A stretch of DNA of 64,000 nt from Echinicola arenosa. GTDB lineage: Bacteria; Bacteroidota; Bacteroidia; Cytophagales; Cyclobacteriaceae. This document shows positions 10,169 to 19,841 of the stretch, piece by piece. Every line of letters begins with the position of its first letter. The stretch's first letter is position 1. The notes beneath the pieces were generated by a model, which was not told where the DNA came from, did no database searches, and saw only the letters and a program-made list of their open reading frames with translations. The stretch spans positions 203,257 to 267,256 of the forward strand of contig NZ_JACYTQ010000007.1 in assembly GCF_014841125.1 (NCBI RefSeq), given 5' to 3'. The translations under genes and the position numbers were made by a program.

Positions 10169-12472
10169 ATGATGAAAAAGATTATTTATACCCTATTACT
10201 CAACTTAATCTGTGAGTTGGTTTTTGCTTATGGGCAAGCCTTGCAGGTTCAAGTTCAGGATGCCAAAGGAAGCCCTATTCGGCATGGCATTGTCCGCATG
10301 GGTGAGCAGCAGTTGCTCACAGTCGATGAGGACGGTATGGTGCAAATCAACCTGGCCGCATATGAAGCATCCACGGTTTTGCAAATCTATGCCATGGGGT
10401 ATGAGAAAGTTGAAATCACAGTAGGGGAATTACAACAAAACCCCAAAGTAATCCTCAAAGAATCGCTTGGCCAGATGGATGAATACGTTCTTTCTGCTAC
10501 GCGGACCAACAGAAGTGTAGAGGATTTACCCATGCCTGTAAAGGTATTGACAACTGAGAAAATACAGGAAACCGGAGCATTCAGGTTATCAGATGTGTTG
10601 AGTGAACAGACAGGTTTACAGCTTGTGGCCGATCATGGAACAGGTTTACAAATGCAGGGCTTGGATTCAGATTACATCCTGATTTTGTTGGATGGAGAAC
10701 CTTTGATTGGTAGGACAGGAGGAACTTTTGATCTGGATAGGATCAGTGTCAGCAATATCGAGCGAATAGAAATTCTTAGAGGGCCTTCCAGTGCGATTTA
10801 TGGCAGTGAGGCAATGGCCGGTGTAGTGAATATCATTACTAAAAAACAAGAAGAAAAATTGACCGCTAAGGTAATGGGCAGGTATGGTTCTTTTAAATCC
10901 CTAGACTTGGGAGGGGAGGTAGGCTGGCAGGAAAATGGTTGGCAGCTTTATGGCTACTACAATCATTACAGTACAGATGGCTATGATTTGAGCCCAGAAA
11001 GTTTGGGCAATACCAAATCCCCTTATGATGCCCAAACTGCCCAATTGAAATTGGGAAAAGACTTGGGAGAGAAATGGAAAATCAATCTTAGCAGCAGGTT
11101 CTATGATGAAAAATACCAGGATATCATGGAAACGACCAGAGGAAATGAATCTGTGATTGCTGACATGGAAGGCAGCCGGAGGGATATCAATATCAACCCT
11201 TCAGTAGCCTTTAAGCCTTCGAAAGACTGGAACTTTACGCTGCGACATACCACAACCATTTTTGATACACATTCTTCTACTGTTTATCGCGAAGATGGGG
11301 CATTTCTGGATAAGGAAGATTTTTCCCAAAACTATCACCGTACTGAGCTTCAAACAGATCATACACTGGGCGACAAGCAATTGCTGACAGTGGGGGTGGG
11401 ACATCAGATAGAGACTGTAGAGGCAACTCGCTATGATGATGTCAACCGGTTTGATGCCAGCTACCTTTACCTGCAGCATCAGTGGGCCCCTTCCGATAAA
11501 TGGAATGTGGTGACAGGAGCCAGAGGAGATCATCACAGTCAATATGGTGGACGTGTGAGCCCTAAAATTTCTGCCATGTACAAATTCTCTGATCAATTTA
11601 GCTGGCAGGCTTCCATTGGGGCAGGTTTCAAGTCCCCGGATTTCAGGCAGCTATTGCTCAACTTCAATAATGCTGCTGTAGGCTATTATGTCTATGGGGC
11701 CAATTTGGTGGAAGATGGTGTTGCCCGATTGCAGGAGCAAGGTCAGGTACAGCAAATATTAATGGATCCAAGCTTATTTGGAGATTTGGATGCAGAGCAT
11801 AGCTGGGCGTTTAATACGGGCTTTAGATGGCGGGTCAGCGAAGATCTTCTTGTCAGGACGAACTTTTACAGAAACCAGATTTATAACCTGATTGAGACCG
11901 CTGCGGTGGCGAGGCTGACCAATAGCCAGCACGTTTACAGCTACCTTAACCTTAGCGAAGTGATTACACAAGGAGCAGAAGTAGATGTCAACTACCGAGT
12001 GGGCACTCAGTGGCGTTTTTCTTTGGGATACGCTTATTTGGATAGCAGGGATCAGGAAGTACTTGACGGAATCGAAAATGGTGAATACTTCAAGAGAAAT
12101 GAACAGAACCAAACGACAAGAGTAACAAAGGCAGACTATGGTGGATTGTTTAACCGCAGTCGTCACAGTGGAAATGTGAAGGTAAACTTTTGGGAAAAGC
12201 ATACAGGAGTCAATATGGCGCTAAGAGGAATCTATAGAGGCAAGTATGGCTTTGGAGATATTAATGGCAATCAAATTCTGGACGATGAATCAGAATATGC
12301 AGATGGTGTATTTCAAATTCACCTGACTTTAAACAAACAATTTGACAATGGGATTGAAGTGGAGACAGGCGTGAAAAACATCACAGACGCCTTGAATCAA
12401 TATGATGCCACCAATCCCGGAAGAACCTATTTTATAGGAATCAATACCTCACTAAATCAATTATTTAAATGA
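10169..12472 (+). CDS. TonB-dependent outer-membrane receptor (heme/hemoprotein, HmuR-like)
   Basis: Signal peptide, N-terminal carboxypeptidase-regulatory-like domain and plug (DEYVLSATRTNRSVEDLPMPVKVLT). Long beta-barrel ending in an aromatic-rich C-terminus. Confidence 0.8.
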   Translation: MMKKIIYTLLLNLICELVFAYGQALQVQVQDAKGSPIRHGIVRMGEQQLLTVDEDGMVQINLAAYEASTVLQIYAMGYEKVEITVGELQQNPKVILKESLGQMDEYVLSATRTNRSVEDLPMPVKVLTTEKIQETGAFRLSDVLSEQTGLQLVADHGTGLQMQGLDSDYILILLDGEPLIGRTGGTFDLDRISVSNIERIEILRGPSSAIYGSEAMAGVVNIITKKQEEKLTAKVMGRYGSFKSLDLGGEVGWQENGWQLYGYYNHYSTDGYDLSPESLGNTKSPYDAQTAQLKLGKDLGEKWKINLSSRFYDEKYQDIMETTRGNESVIADMEGSRRDININPSVAFKPSKDWNFTLRHTTTIFDTHSSTVYREDGAFLDKEDFSQNYHRTELQTDHTLGDKQLLTVGVGHQIETVEATRYDDVNRFDASYLYLQHQWAPSDKWNVVTGARGDHHSQYGGRVSPKISAMYKFSDQFSWQASIGAGFKSPDFRQLLLNFNNAAVGYYVYGANLVEDGVARLQEQGQVQQILMDPSLFGDLDAEHSWAFNTGFRWRVSEDLLVRTNFYRNQIYNLIETAAVARLTNSQHVYSYLNLSEVITQGAEVDVNYRVGTQWRFSLGYAYLDSRDQEVLDGIENGEYFKRNEQNQTTRVTKADYGGLFNRSRHSGNVKVNFWEKHTGVNMALRGIYRGKYGFGDINGNQILDDESEYADGVFQIHLTLNKQFDNGIEVETGVKNITDALNQYDATNPGRTYFIGINTSLNQLFK

Positions 12473-13080
12473 TCATCAATAACATGAAAAAAGTAAACTA
12501 TTTCATTTTGGCAATGTTGGCATTGCCTTTATTTACCGCATGCACTGATAACGACGAAACCGAACCAGAAGTGGAATTGGAAGCGGTTTTGGTGGAGGAT
12601 TTATATGCTCCAGGTGCCCAGTCAGGAGGAACTGAATTTGTTTATTACAGCTTAGAAAACAACGCAGTTGTAGATTCTGAAGATGGCGATTGGGATCTGG
12701 GATTTTTCGGAACCACCATTATTGTAAATAATGGCGTGAATGGTGACGGAAATGCAGAAGCTACCGTATTAAACGGAGTAATTTTCGATGAATTGGAATC
12801 GGTCCCCACCACAGCGGAATTTGCGATAGATACTGAGGAGGGAAATGCCATTCCAACAGGAAGTGGAAATGGATGGTACTTATATGATCAACCAACCCAT
12901 ATTGTTACACCTCTAGCAGGAGTAGTGATTTTGGTTAAAACCAATGCAGGTAATTATGCCAAGTTGGAAATGATCAGCTATTACGAAGGGAATCCTGCTC
13001 ATGAGGATATAGACCCTTTTGCTGGAGGTTATCAAACATTCAGATATACCCTCCAGTCCAATGGAACAATGAATTTCTAA
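12469..13080 (+). CDS. HmuY-family heme-binding lipoprotein (putative)
   Basis: Lipobox LFTAC, ~200 aa with the DWDLGFFG motif reminiscent of HmuY. Start overlaps the receptor stop. Confidence 0.5.
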   Translation: MIINNMKKVNYFILAMLALPLFTACTDNDETEPEVELEAVLVEDLYAPGAQSGGTEFVYYSLENNAVVDSEDGDWDLGFFGTTIIVNNGVNGDGNAEATVLNGVIFDELESVPTTAEFAIDTEEGNAIPTGSGNGWYLYDQPTHIVTPLAGVVILVKTNAGNYAKLEMISYYEGNPAHEDIDPFAGGYQTFRYTLQSNGTMNF

Positions 13081-13114
13081 GGTTAACTTGATTTGACATA
13101 TGTTTTCGCAGAAA

Positions 13115-13144
13115 AGATGGGGCTCTTGGCTCCATCTTTTTTTT
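13115..13144. terminator. bidirectional rho-independent terminator between convergent genes
   Basis: AAGATGGGGCTCTTGGCTCCATCTT hairpin followed by T8. Confidence 0.5.
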
Positions 13145-13147
13145 AAT

Positions 13148-13729
13148 CTATCTATCATTTAGTCCTTTTCCCTCAAAGATATCAGGCATGGCTTTTTCAA
13201 TCCTCGAGATACGGGTTTTGGCTTGTTTTGCTTGAGAAAAATGGAGCAGATAGCCTCTTTGCCTTCCTGGGGTCAAGGCTTCAAAAGCGGTTTTGAACGA
13301 AGGCGTTTCCTTGAATTTATCTTCCAATTCCTCAGGTACATCAAATTCCGTGGTTTTTTTCATTTCCACCACCAAACCCGCTTTTTCTATTTCAATAGCT
13401 TCATAAATATAAGCTTTGATGGTGGTCTGCTGCTTGACAATGTCATCGATGTGAGTGAATCGGATTTGACGTGCTGATTGGACATTTTTAGTTTGTTGGA
13501 TCAGGATGTTTTCCGGGTCTTTTAGCAAAGCTCCTTTATGGAAGAGGAACGCACAGTATTCTTTGAATTCATGGATCAAAACCACATTATTGCCTTTTAG
13601 CGTGTAACAAGGGTGCATCCACTTGAAATCTTCGGTGAGTCCACAATCCAAGGCAATTTTTCTCATCAACTTCATTTCATTCTGCCACTTTTGGGCCTTT
13701 TCCAAAAACAGGTCAACTTTGGTGTTCAT
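13148..13729 (-). CDS. YdeI/OmpD-associated family protein (DUF1801-like)
   Basis: 193 aa; the N-terminal KWQNEMKLMRKIALDCGLTEDFKW... and C-terminal ...FEALTPGRQRGYLLHFSQAKQAKTRISRIEKAMP... are typical of the family. Confidence 0.55.
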   Translation of the reverse strand: MNTKVDLFLEKAQKWQNEMKLMRKIALDCGLTEDFKWMHPCYTLKGNNVVLIHEFKEYCAFLFHKGALLKDPENILIQQTKNVQSARQIRFTHIDDIVKQQTTIKAYIYEAIEIEKAGLVVEMKKTTEFDVPEELEDKFKETPSFKTAFEALTPGRQRGYLLHFSQAKQAKTRISRIEKAMPDIFEGKGLNDR

Positions 13730-13730
13730 G

Positions 13731-14114
13731 CTATTCAGTTTTGGGTTTACAATGGTTTAGATCAGGGCTAAAATACCATGATACTATGGTAAGTACAAGT
13801 AGTAGGGAAGGGCCAAATAAAGTGGTTGGATGATCTCCAATGGCCAAGTGGCTGATAATGGCTCCGGTCATAGTGAAGAAGAAGCCAGCATAAGCCCACT
13901 CTTTCAATAATGGATATTTTGGGATGAGCACTGTAACAACACCTAGGATTTTCCAAATACCAATAATGGTCATTAGGTAAAGCGGATAGCCCAATGATGA
14001 AAAATTTGACACTTCTTCTTCCATTTTAATCAGTTGTACAATGCCAGTGGAGGTCATGCCTAAAGCTAGCCAAATGGTAGCTACCCAATAGATGATCCTA
14101 TTGCTCTTTGTCAT
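13731..14114 (-). CDS. DoxX-family membrane protein
   Basis: 127 aa with four predicted TM helices and DoxX-like composition. Confidence 0.55.
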   Translation of the reverse strand: MTKSNRIIYWVATIWLALGMTSTGIVQLIKMEEEVSNFSSLGYPLYLMTIIGIWKILGVVTVLIPKYPLLKEWAYAGFFFTMTGAIISHLAIGDHPTTLFGPSLLLVLTIVSWYFSPDLNHCKPKTE

Positions 14115-14120
14115 AGTTTT

Positions 14121-14585
14121 TTATTTGAGTGATTTTACAATTTCTTCCAAACGATTATGCGCCCAATTGATACCTTGTCTGAAGGGAAGTTTTAAGTTTT
14201 CATCTCTATAGGCTACTGATTGGTAAATCACTTGCTTTTGGAGCTTACTTTGGTTGGAAGTAAGCTTAAGGAATTCCAGTACTTCTAACTGTACACCGAA
14301 CGATGCACCTTCCATCTCAAAAGTTCTGATGATTTTCTCATTAGGAGTAAACTCGTGGATTACACCGTTGAAACAATGTTTGTTTCCTTTGGGGTCAGTG
14401 GTTTCAAATTGGAAGCTGCCATGTTTTTTACTTTCTAGTTTAAGTACCTTGGTTCCCATCCATTGTTCCACGATTTGGGGCTCAATGTAGGCTTTAAAGA
14501 GCAGGTCTACTGGCAAGTCAAATTCTCTGGTAATAAAAATCTCCTGTTTACCTTCTTCGGTATTTACCTTTGTTTTTAGTTCCAT
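14121..14585 (-). CDS. SRPBCC / AHSA1 (activator of Hsp90 ATPase homolog)-domain protein
   Basis: 154 aa with the typical beta-grip fold composition. Co-operonic with ArsR, a common pairing. Confidence 0.6.
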   Translation of the reverse strand: MELKTKVNTEEGKQEIFITREFDLPVDLLFKAYIEPQIVEQWMGTKVLKLESKKHGSFQFETTDPKGNKHCFNGVIHEFTPNEKIIRTFEMEGASFGVQLEVLEFLKLTSNQSKLQKQVIYQSVAYRDENLKLPFRQGINWAHNRLEEIVKSLK

Positions 14586-14591
14586 TTGGGG

Positions 14592-14915
14592 CTATTGATT
14601 AGGTTGGTGTTTTTTCATTATTTCCTCTAGTTTATTAAAGCGGTCATCCCACATTTTTCTGAAAGGTTCTATAAAGTCAGCTACCTCTTTCATTTTGTTG
14701 GGATTAAAATGATAGATGATTTCCCGGCCCTGTTGTTCTTGAGCCAATAATTCACAGGCAGTAAGTATCTGAAGATGCTTGGACACAGTGGGTCTTGCTG
14801 TATCAAAGTTGTTCGCAATGGCACCTGCTGTCATCGATTGAGAAGCTACCAGGAGCAGAATTGCCCGTCTGGTTGGATCTGCAATGGCTTGGAATACATC
14901 TCTTCTTAATTTCAT
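14592..14915 (-). CDS. ArsR/SmtB-family transcriptional regulator
   Basis: HTH ...[40 protein letters not shown]... Confidence 0.8.
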   Translation of the reverse strand: MKLRRDVFQAIADPTRRAILLLVASQSMTAGAIANNFDTARPTVSKHLQILTACELLAQEQQGREIIYHFNPNKMKEVADFIEPFRKMWDDRFNKLEEIMKKHQPNQ

Positions 14916-15177
14916 TATGTAGTCATTTAACTACAAATATATATGTAGTTATTTAGCTACGCAAAATTTACGGAAAATAATTTCTGCTAGGTTTTGAAAA
15001 AGAGTTGTTTTTGATACATTCCTAGCATATGTTCAGTAATGGGGACTATTTACTGCTTTGGCTCTTGGTGATTTGTCTTTTGAGGCTTAAATTTTGAATG
15101 AAGAAATATTACAAAAACGCCCTATTTGATAAGTATCAGATCAAATAGGGCGATTGCCGTTCCTTTAAATCAACTGA

Positions 15178-16362
15178 TTAACTATTTTCCTCAATGGCCT
15201 GAAGAATCACCATACAGGCTTTTTGGATTTCTTCTTCGGTAATGGTCAGGGGAGGGGCAATGCGCATGCTGTCCTCGCAGAATAAAAACCAATCGGTGAT
15301 GATTCCCAATTCAATTGCCCTATCGATAATCGGTTTTAACACCTCAAATGATTCGAACTCCACAGCCATCATCAGGCCTTTGTTGCGGATGCCTTTGATT
15401 TTATCATGTTTCAGTAACTTTTTAAACAGCTCTGCTTTTGCGGCTACTTGTTCGATCAGTTTTTCTTCTTTTAGTACTTGGATGGTTGCCAAAGATGCAG
15501 CTGAACTTACCGGGTGACCTCCAAAGGTAGTGATATGACCCAGTAGTGGATTATTTTTAAATACAGCCATCACCGGTTGGGCCGCAATAAAGGCTCCTAT
15601 GGGCATTCCACCTCCCATTCCTTTGGCACAGACCAATATATCAGGTTCAATACCGTAGTGTTCAAAAGCCCAGAATTTGCCCGTCCTGCCAAATCCAGCT
15701 TGAATCTCATCCAGAATCAGTAAAGTACCCGTTTCGTCGCATTTATGGCGGAGTGCCTGAAAAAACTCTTTGGACGCAACCCTAATTCCTCCTTCTCCTT
15801 GGACAGTTTCAATGATAAATGCTGCCGTTTCTTCAGTGATTTGCTCCAAAGCTTCCATTTCCCCGAAAGGTACATTGGTAATACCAGGTAATAATGGCCT
15901 GTAGCCTCTTTTGAAAATTTCATTTCCACCAACAGATAATGCTCCATGGGAAGATCCGTGATAAGCATTGACACAGCTTATGATTTCTCTTCTACCTGTG
16001 TATCTTTTGGCCAGTTTCAACGCACCTTCTACAGCCTCACTGCCACTATTAACAAGATAGACATTGTCCAATCTTTCAGGCAATGTGCTAACCAAAGCCT
16101 TGGCCAGTTGGGCTTGGGGAGACTGTACATATTCTCCATAAACCATCAGATGCATGTATTTATCCAATTGATCTTGAATAGCTTTGACGACTTTTGGGTG
16201 TCGGTGTCCCACATTACTGACTCCAATACCTGAAATCAAGTCCATGTATTTTTCTCCCTTAGGTCCATACATATAGACACCTTCTGCCTTTTCTATTTCT
16301 ATCAGTAAGGGAAAGTCAGTTGTTTGTGCCAGATGGGATAAAAAGAGTTGTCGATTGTTCAT
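15178..16362 (-). CDS. class-III (aspartate aminotransferase family) PLP aminotransferase, acetylornithine/ornithine aminotransferase-like
   Basis: 394 aa; GIGVSNVGHRHPKVV...VNSGSEAVEGALKLAKRYTGRR...; PLP lysine region DEIQAGFGRTGK. Confidence 0.85.
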   Translation of the reverse strand: MNNRQLFLSHLAQTTDFPLLIEIEKAEGVYMYGPKGEKYMDLISGIGVSNVGHRHPKVVKAIQDQLDKYMHLMVYGEYVQSPQAQLAKALVSTLPERLDNVYLVNSGSEAVEGALKLAKRYTGRREIISCVNAYHGSSHGALSVGGNEIFKRGYRPLLPGITNVPFGEMEALEQITEETAAFIIETVQGEGGIRVASKEFFQALRHKCDETGTLLILDEIQAGFGRTGKFWAFEHYGIEPDILVCAKGMGGGMPIGAFIAAQPVMAVFKNNPLLGHITTFGGHPVSSAASLATIQVLKEEKLIEQVAAKAELFKKLLKHDKIKGIRNKGLMMAVEFESFEVLKPIIDRAIELGIITDWFLFCEDSMRIAPPLTITEEEIQKACMVILQAIEENS

Positions 16363-16610
16363 GATAAATTGCCCTATAGATCTTTTTGATTTTGGATAGT
16401 CAAAATTAAGGGTTTTATCTGGAATAGGTCAAACACCTTTTTGTAATGCCCTTTTATTAAACAGGTTTGATTGATGTCCTTAATGGAGAAGTGTTTTCAA
16501 GCATTACAAGTAAAATCGTTTGACATTACAAAATTTACGATTTATGAGGTTTTATCTGCGTAATATGTTTTATTTGAAATAGTTTTTAATTCAAATTTCC
16601 AATCACGAGA

Positions 16611-17744
16611 ATGAGTCAATATGATGTGGCTGTCATTGGCAGCGGGCCTGCGGGAGCTTCGGCAGCTTATAGTTTAGCAAAAAAAGGAATATCTACTGTA
16701 TTGATTGAGAAGGAAACCTTGCCAAGGTACAAGACTTGTGGTGGTGGTTTTGTGTTTCGAGGTAGGAGAAACATGCCTTTTGATATTTCACCTGTGGTTG
16801 AAAGAGAATTTTATCAGATCAATCTTTATTTTGAAAATGAGGAGATGATGCTGACCACCAAGCGGGATGTGCCTGTAATTAGTATGGTGATGCGTGATGA
16901 TTTTGATCATTTTATCATCAAAAAGGCCAAGGAACTTGGTGTAGATGTGAAAGAAGGACATAAGCTTAATGGGATTACTTTTGGTGAAATGCCTACTTTA
17001 CACACCAGCCAAGGAGATATTCAGGCCAAGATGATCATAGCTGCAGATGGAGCACTTAGTCCAACAGCCAAGATGGCAGGATGGAAAGAGACCAGAAAGT
17101 TGATTCCGGCATTGGAGTATGAAGTGGAGGTAAGCCCTGAAGATTTTGAGCGTTTGTCGCAGGAAGTAAGGTTTGACGTGGATACCATTCCACATGGCTA
17201 TGCCTGGAGCTTCCCCAAAAAGAATCATTTGTCTTTAGGCGTCGCTTCAGCCAGAAAGGTGAGGATTGACCTCAAAGCCCATTATAGAAAGTATGTGGAG
17301 AAATTGGGCATCAAAGAAGTGATCAGTGAAAAAGCGCATGGATTCCAAATTCCAGTTGCTCCAAGGACGGATGGCTTTTACAGAAACAATGTGTTTTTGA
17401 TAGGAGATGCGGCGGGTTTTGCAGATCCAGTGACCGCAGAAGGAATTTCCAATGCCATTTTGAGTGGACAGCTAGTCGTGGAAGCTATTGCCGAAGCAGA
17501 GCTGAATCCTCAAAAGGCAGGAGAACTTTACCAAAGTAAATTAGAGGAAGACTTGCTCCCGGAAGTCATTACTGGCGTAAGTGTTTCGAAGTGGTTTTAT
17601 AGTCAGCGGATGATCAGGAACTTCTTGATGAAGAAGTACGGTGATTATTTTATCTCAGCCATGACGGATGTATTTATTGGTGACAGGAGTTATCCAAGGG
17701 ATTTGATGAAGAGTTTAAAGCGAAAAATCAAGGAATTGGTTTAA
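16611..17744 (+). CDS. geranylgeranyl reductase family FAD-dependent oxidoreductase
   Basis: N-terminal DVAVIGSGPAGASAAYSLAKKG FAD fold, ...TCGGG... motif, 377 aa. Confidence 0.8.
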   Translation: MSQYDVAVIGSGPAGASAAYSLAKKGISTVLIEKETLPRYKTCGGGFVFRGRRNMPFDISPVVEREFYQINLYFENEEMMLTTKRDVPVISMVMRDDFDHFIIKKAKELGVDVKEGHKLNGITFGEMPTLHTSQGDIQAKMIIAADGALSPTAKMAGWKETRKLIPALEYEVEVSPEDFERLSQEVRFDVDTIPHGYAWSFPKKNHLSLGVASARKVRIDLKAHYRKYVEKLGIKEVISEKAHGFQIPVAPRTDGFYRNNVFLIGDAAGFADPVTAEGISNAILSGQLVVEAIAEAELNPQKAGELYQSKLEEDLLPEVITGVSVSKWFYSQRMIRNFLMKKYGDYFISAMTDVFIGDRSYPRDLMKSLKRKIKELV

Positions 17745-17772
17745 AAGCTGTTTATAATTGATGAAATTTTAT

Positions 17773-17808
17773 AAATCCGAGACTTCTTTAAAGTTCTCGG
17801 ATTTTTGT
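17773..17808 (+). terminator. rho-independent terminator of the geranylgeranyl reductase gene
   Basis: AAATCCGAGA-(12 nt loop)-TCTCGGATTT followed by TTGTTT. Confidence 0.7.
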
Positions 17809-17813
17809 TTGCC

Positions 17814-19740
17814 GTGCATGCTAAACTCCAAGAGGGTTTAAGTCCCTTATGGGCGAGTTGACACGAACCATTAGTTGAGGGCAAGGGTGTTCGGGGCGAC
17901 CCGAAATCTGAAAGAAGCCTAAGACAAAACTTTGCCTTAATGAACAAGAACTGCATATAAGGCCTACTTGTGGGACGAGGTGGCAATAGACACCGAACTC
18001 CAAACGCCAAACGTAAGCAAGGTGGTAAATGCAGTAAGGTAAAGTGGATGAAGTTTAGCTTAACGCGGGAGGCCCCGTATCCGAGAGGAGATCGGGGAGT
18101 CAGCAGCGGCCATAGTAGTGAAGAAGGCCCTGTAATGGGGCTGGAGTGAAGGGCCAAATCTTTAAACAAGGAGCAGTTACCGGACAAATTGCAACAACCA
18201 CAATGAAAGCAGGAAAACACAACAGTGGTCAGATGAGTCTAGCAGGACTGGACGCATGGCCGTGTGGCCATGCGGTCAGAGGCGCAGACGTATTCTACAA
18301 GTCGGGCGGCAAGGTTAAGCGGGAGTGGTTGTCAAGATGTTCGGAAGAACGAGCCTTGACCAAGGACTTGATGGCAAAGGTAGTGTCGCCATCGAACCTT
18401 GTTGCCGCATTGCGGCAAGTAGTTTCCAACAAGGGCAGTTCGGGAGTTGACGGGATGACAACGAAGGAGTTGCAGGAATGGTTTGGGAGCCACTACCAAC
18501 AGCTCCAACACCAAATTATCACGGGCAACTACCAGGTACAGGCAGTACATGAAGTACAAATTCCCAAACCCAATGGCGGAGTACGGATCCTGGGGATTCC
18601 CACGGTAAAAGACAGGTTGGTACAACAGGCCATCAGTCAGGTGCTAAGCCAACACTACGATCCCACATTTTCGGAAAGAAGCTACGGCTTTAGGCCAGAC
18701 CGTGGGGCACATGATACCCTGCAGCAGGCCACCCAAGACGTATCGGAAGGCCGGGGCTGGATAGTGGATATAGACTTGGAGAAGTTTTTCGACAAAGTGA
18801 ACCACGACAGGCTTTTGTGGCTGTTAGGTACACGGGTCGGAGACAAACGCCTACTGAAGCTAATCGGCAAATTCTTACGGGCAGGACTGCTCAAAGAAGG
18901 ACTGGTTGGCCAACGGATAAAAGGCACGCCCCAAGGCAGTCCGTTATCACCCTTGCTGTCGAACATCGTACTGGATGAACTGGACAAGGAACTGGAAGTC
19001 CGTGGCCACCGCTTTGCACGCTACGCAGACGACTTAATTGTAATGGTCAAAAGCGAAGCCTCAGCCAATCGGGTATTATCGAGCCTGACAGTGTTCATAG
19101 AACAGCGCATGTTGCTGAAAGTGAACAGAGCAAAGAGCAAGATAAGCAGGCCACATGAACTGAACTTTCTAGGTCACAGGCTCCTAAGTGATGGACGGCT
19201 TGGACTTAGCAAAGTGAGTGAAAATCGCTTAAAAGCAAAGCTAAAGCAACTGAGCCAACGCAATCGGGGCATCAGCCTCGAACAGTTGGTCAGGGAACTC
19301 AACCCCGTTCTGCGGGGATGGCTCAACTACTTTAAAAAGGCCCAAATGCTCACAAAGCTAAAGGTATTAGAGGGCTGGCTCAACCGTAGGATCCGTTGTT
19401 TTCGGCTAAAGCAATGCAAACGGGCGTTATCATTGGCCAAGTTCCTACACGGTCTTGGTGTACCTTGGAACAGGAGCTGGACAACGGCAGGAAGCTCCAA
19501 GGGGTGGTACAGGCTGTCTATAACCCATGCCGCCCACGAAGGAATGAACCTAAAATGGTTCCGCTCCATAGGCTTGTACAGCCTAAAAGAGAACTACGTT
19601 AAATATTTAAAGAAACCGCCCAGTACGACAAACGTACGCTGGGTGGTGTGAGAGGACAGCAAAGTTAGGGTAGCTCCCTATCTTTGCTTCCTACTCGATT
19701 GTTTCAATGGAATCAAAATAAATCGATTTAGGAATTATAG
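17814..19740 (+). mobile_element. group II intron (compact, ORF in domain IV; bacterial class-C-like, inserted just 3' of a terminator). Boundaries approximate.
   Basis: GTGCATG lies ~10 nt after the terminator hairpin. About 330 nt of structured-looking RNA precedes an RT/maturase ORF. The 3' boundary is not resolved; domain V/VI were not confidently identified by eye. Confidence 0.6.
18146..19651 (+). CDS. group II intron reverse transcriptase/maturase (intron-encoded protein, no endonuclease domain)
   Basis: RT blocks including YADDLIVMV (RT5 YADD). The domain-X region (LRGWLNYF) and C-terminal end FRSIGLYSL are typical of En-less bacterial intron-encoded proteins. The true start is possibly downstream of the listed ATG. 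Confidence 0.9.
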   Translation: MKGQIFKQGAVTGQIATTTMKAGKHNSGQMSLAGLDAWPCGHAVRGADVFYKSGGKVKREWLSRCSEERALTKDLMAKVVSPSNLVAALRQVVSNKGSSGVDGMTTKELQEWFGSHYQQLQHQIITGNYQVQAVHEVQIPKPNGGVRILGIPTVKDRLVQQAISQVLSQHYDPTFSERSYGFRPDRGAHDTLQQATQDVSEGRGWIVDIDLEKFFDKVNHDRLLWLLGTRVGDKRLLKLIGKFLRAGLLKEGLVGQRIKGTPQGSPLSPLLSNIVLDELDKELEVRGHRFARYADDLIVMVKSEASANRVLSSLTVFIEQRMLLKVNRAKSKISRPHELNFLGHRLLSDGRLGLSKVSENRLKAKLKQLSQRNRGISLEQLVRELNPVLRGWLNYFKKAQMLTKLKVLEGWLNRRIRCFRLKQCKRALSLAKFLHGLGVPWNRSWTTAGSSKGWYRLSITHAAHEGMNLKWFRSIGLYSLKENYVKYLKKPPSTTNVRWVV

Positions 19741-19841
19741 ACCATTGGTCAAATGATGGAATAAGAATAATAATTTCACTTTTCATTTTAGCTCAAATCA
19801 ATTAACTTCCAACCTTGTATTTATTAGAAACCCAATTTACA

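Noticed and set aside
17741-18220. 159-aa minus-strand ORF spanning the terminator and intron 5' region
   Set aside because: Overlaps a clear terminator hairpin and the structured 5' part of the group II intron and the start of its RT ORF. No recognisable protein features. Called non-coding (intron RNA).
19590-19650. Domain-V-like bulged hairpin (CCCAGTACG-ACAAA-CGTACGCTGGG) inside the 3' end of the RT ORF
   Set aside because: The stem is only 9 bp, the loop is not GNRA and there is no AGC triad. Probably part of domain IV or coincidental, so not annotated as domain V. The intron 3' end is left approximate.
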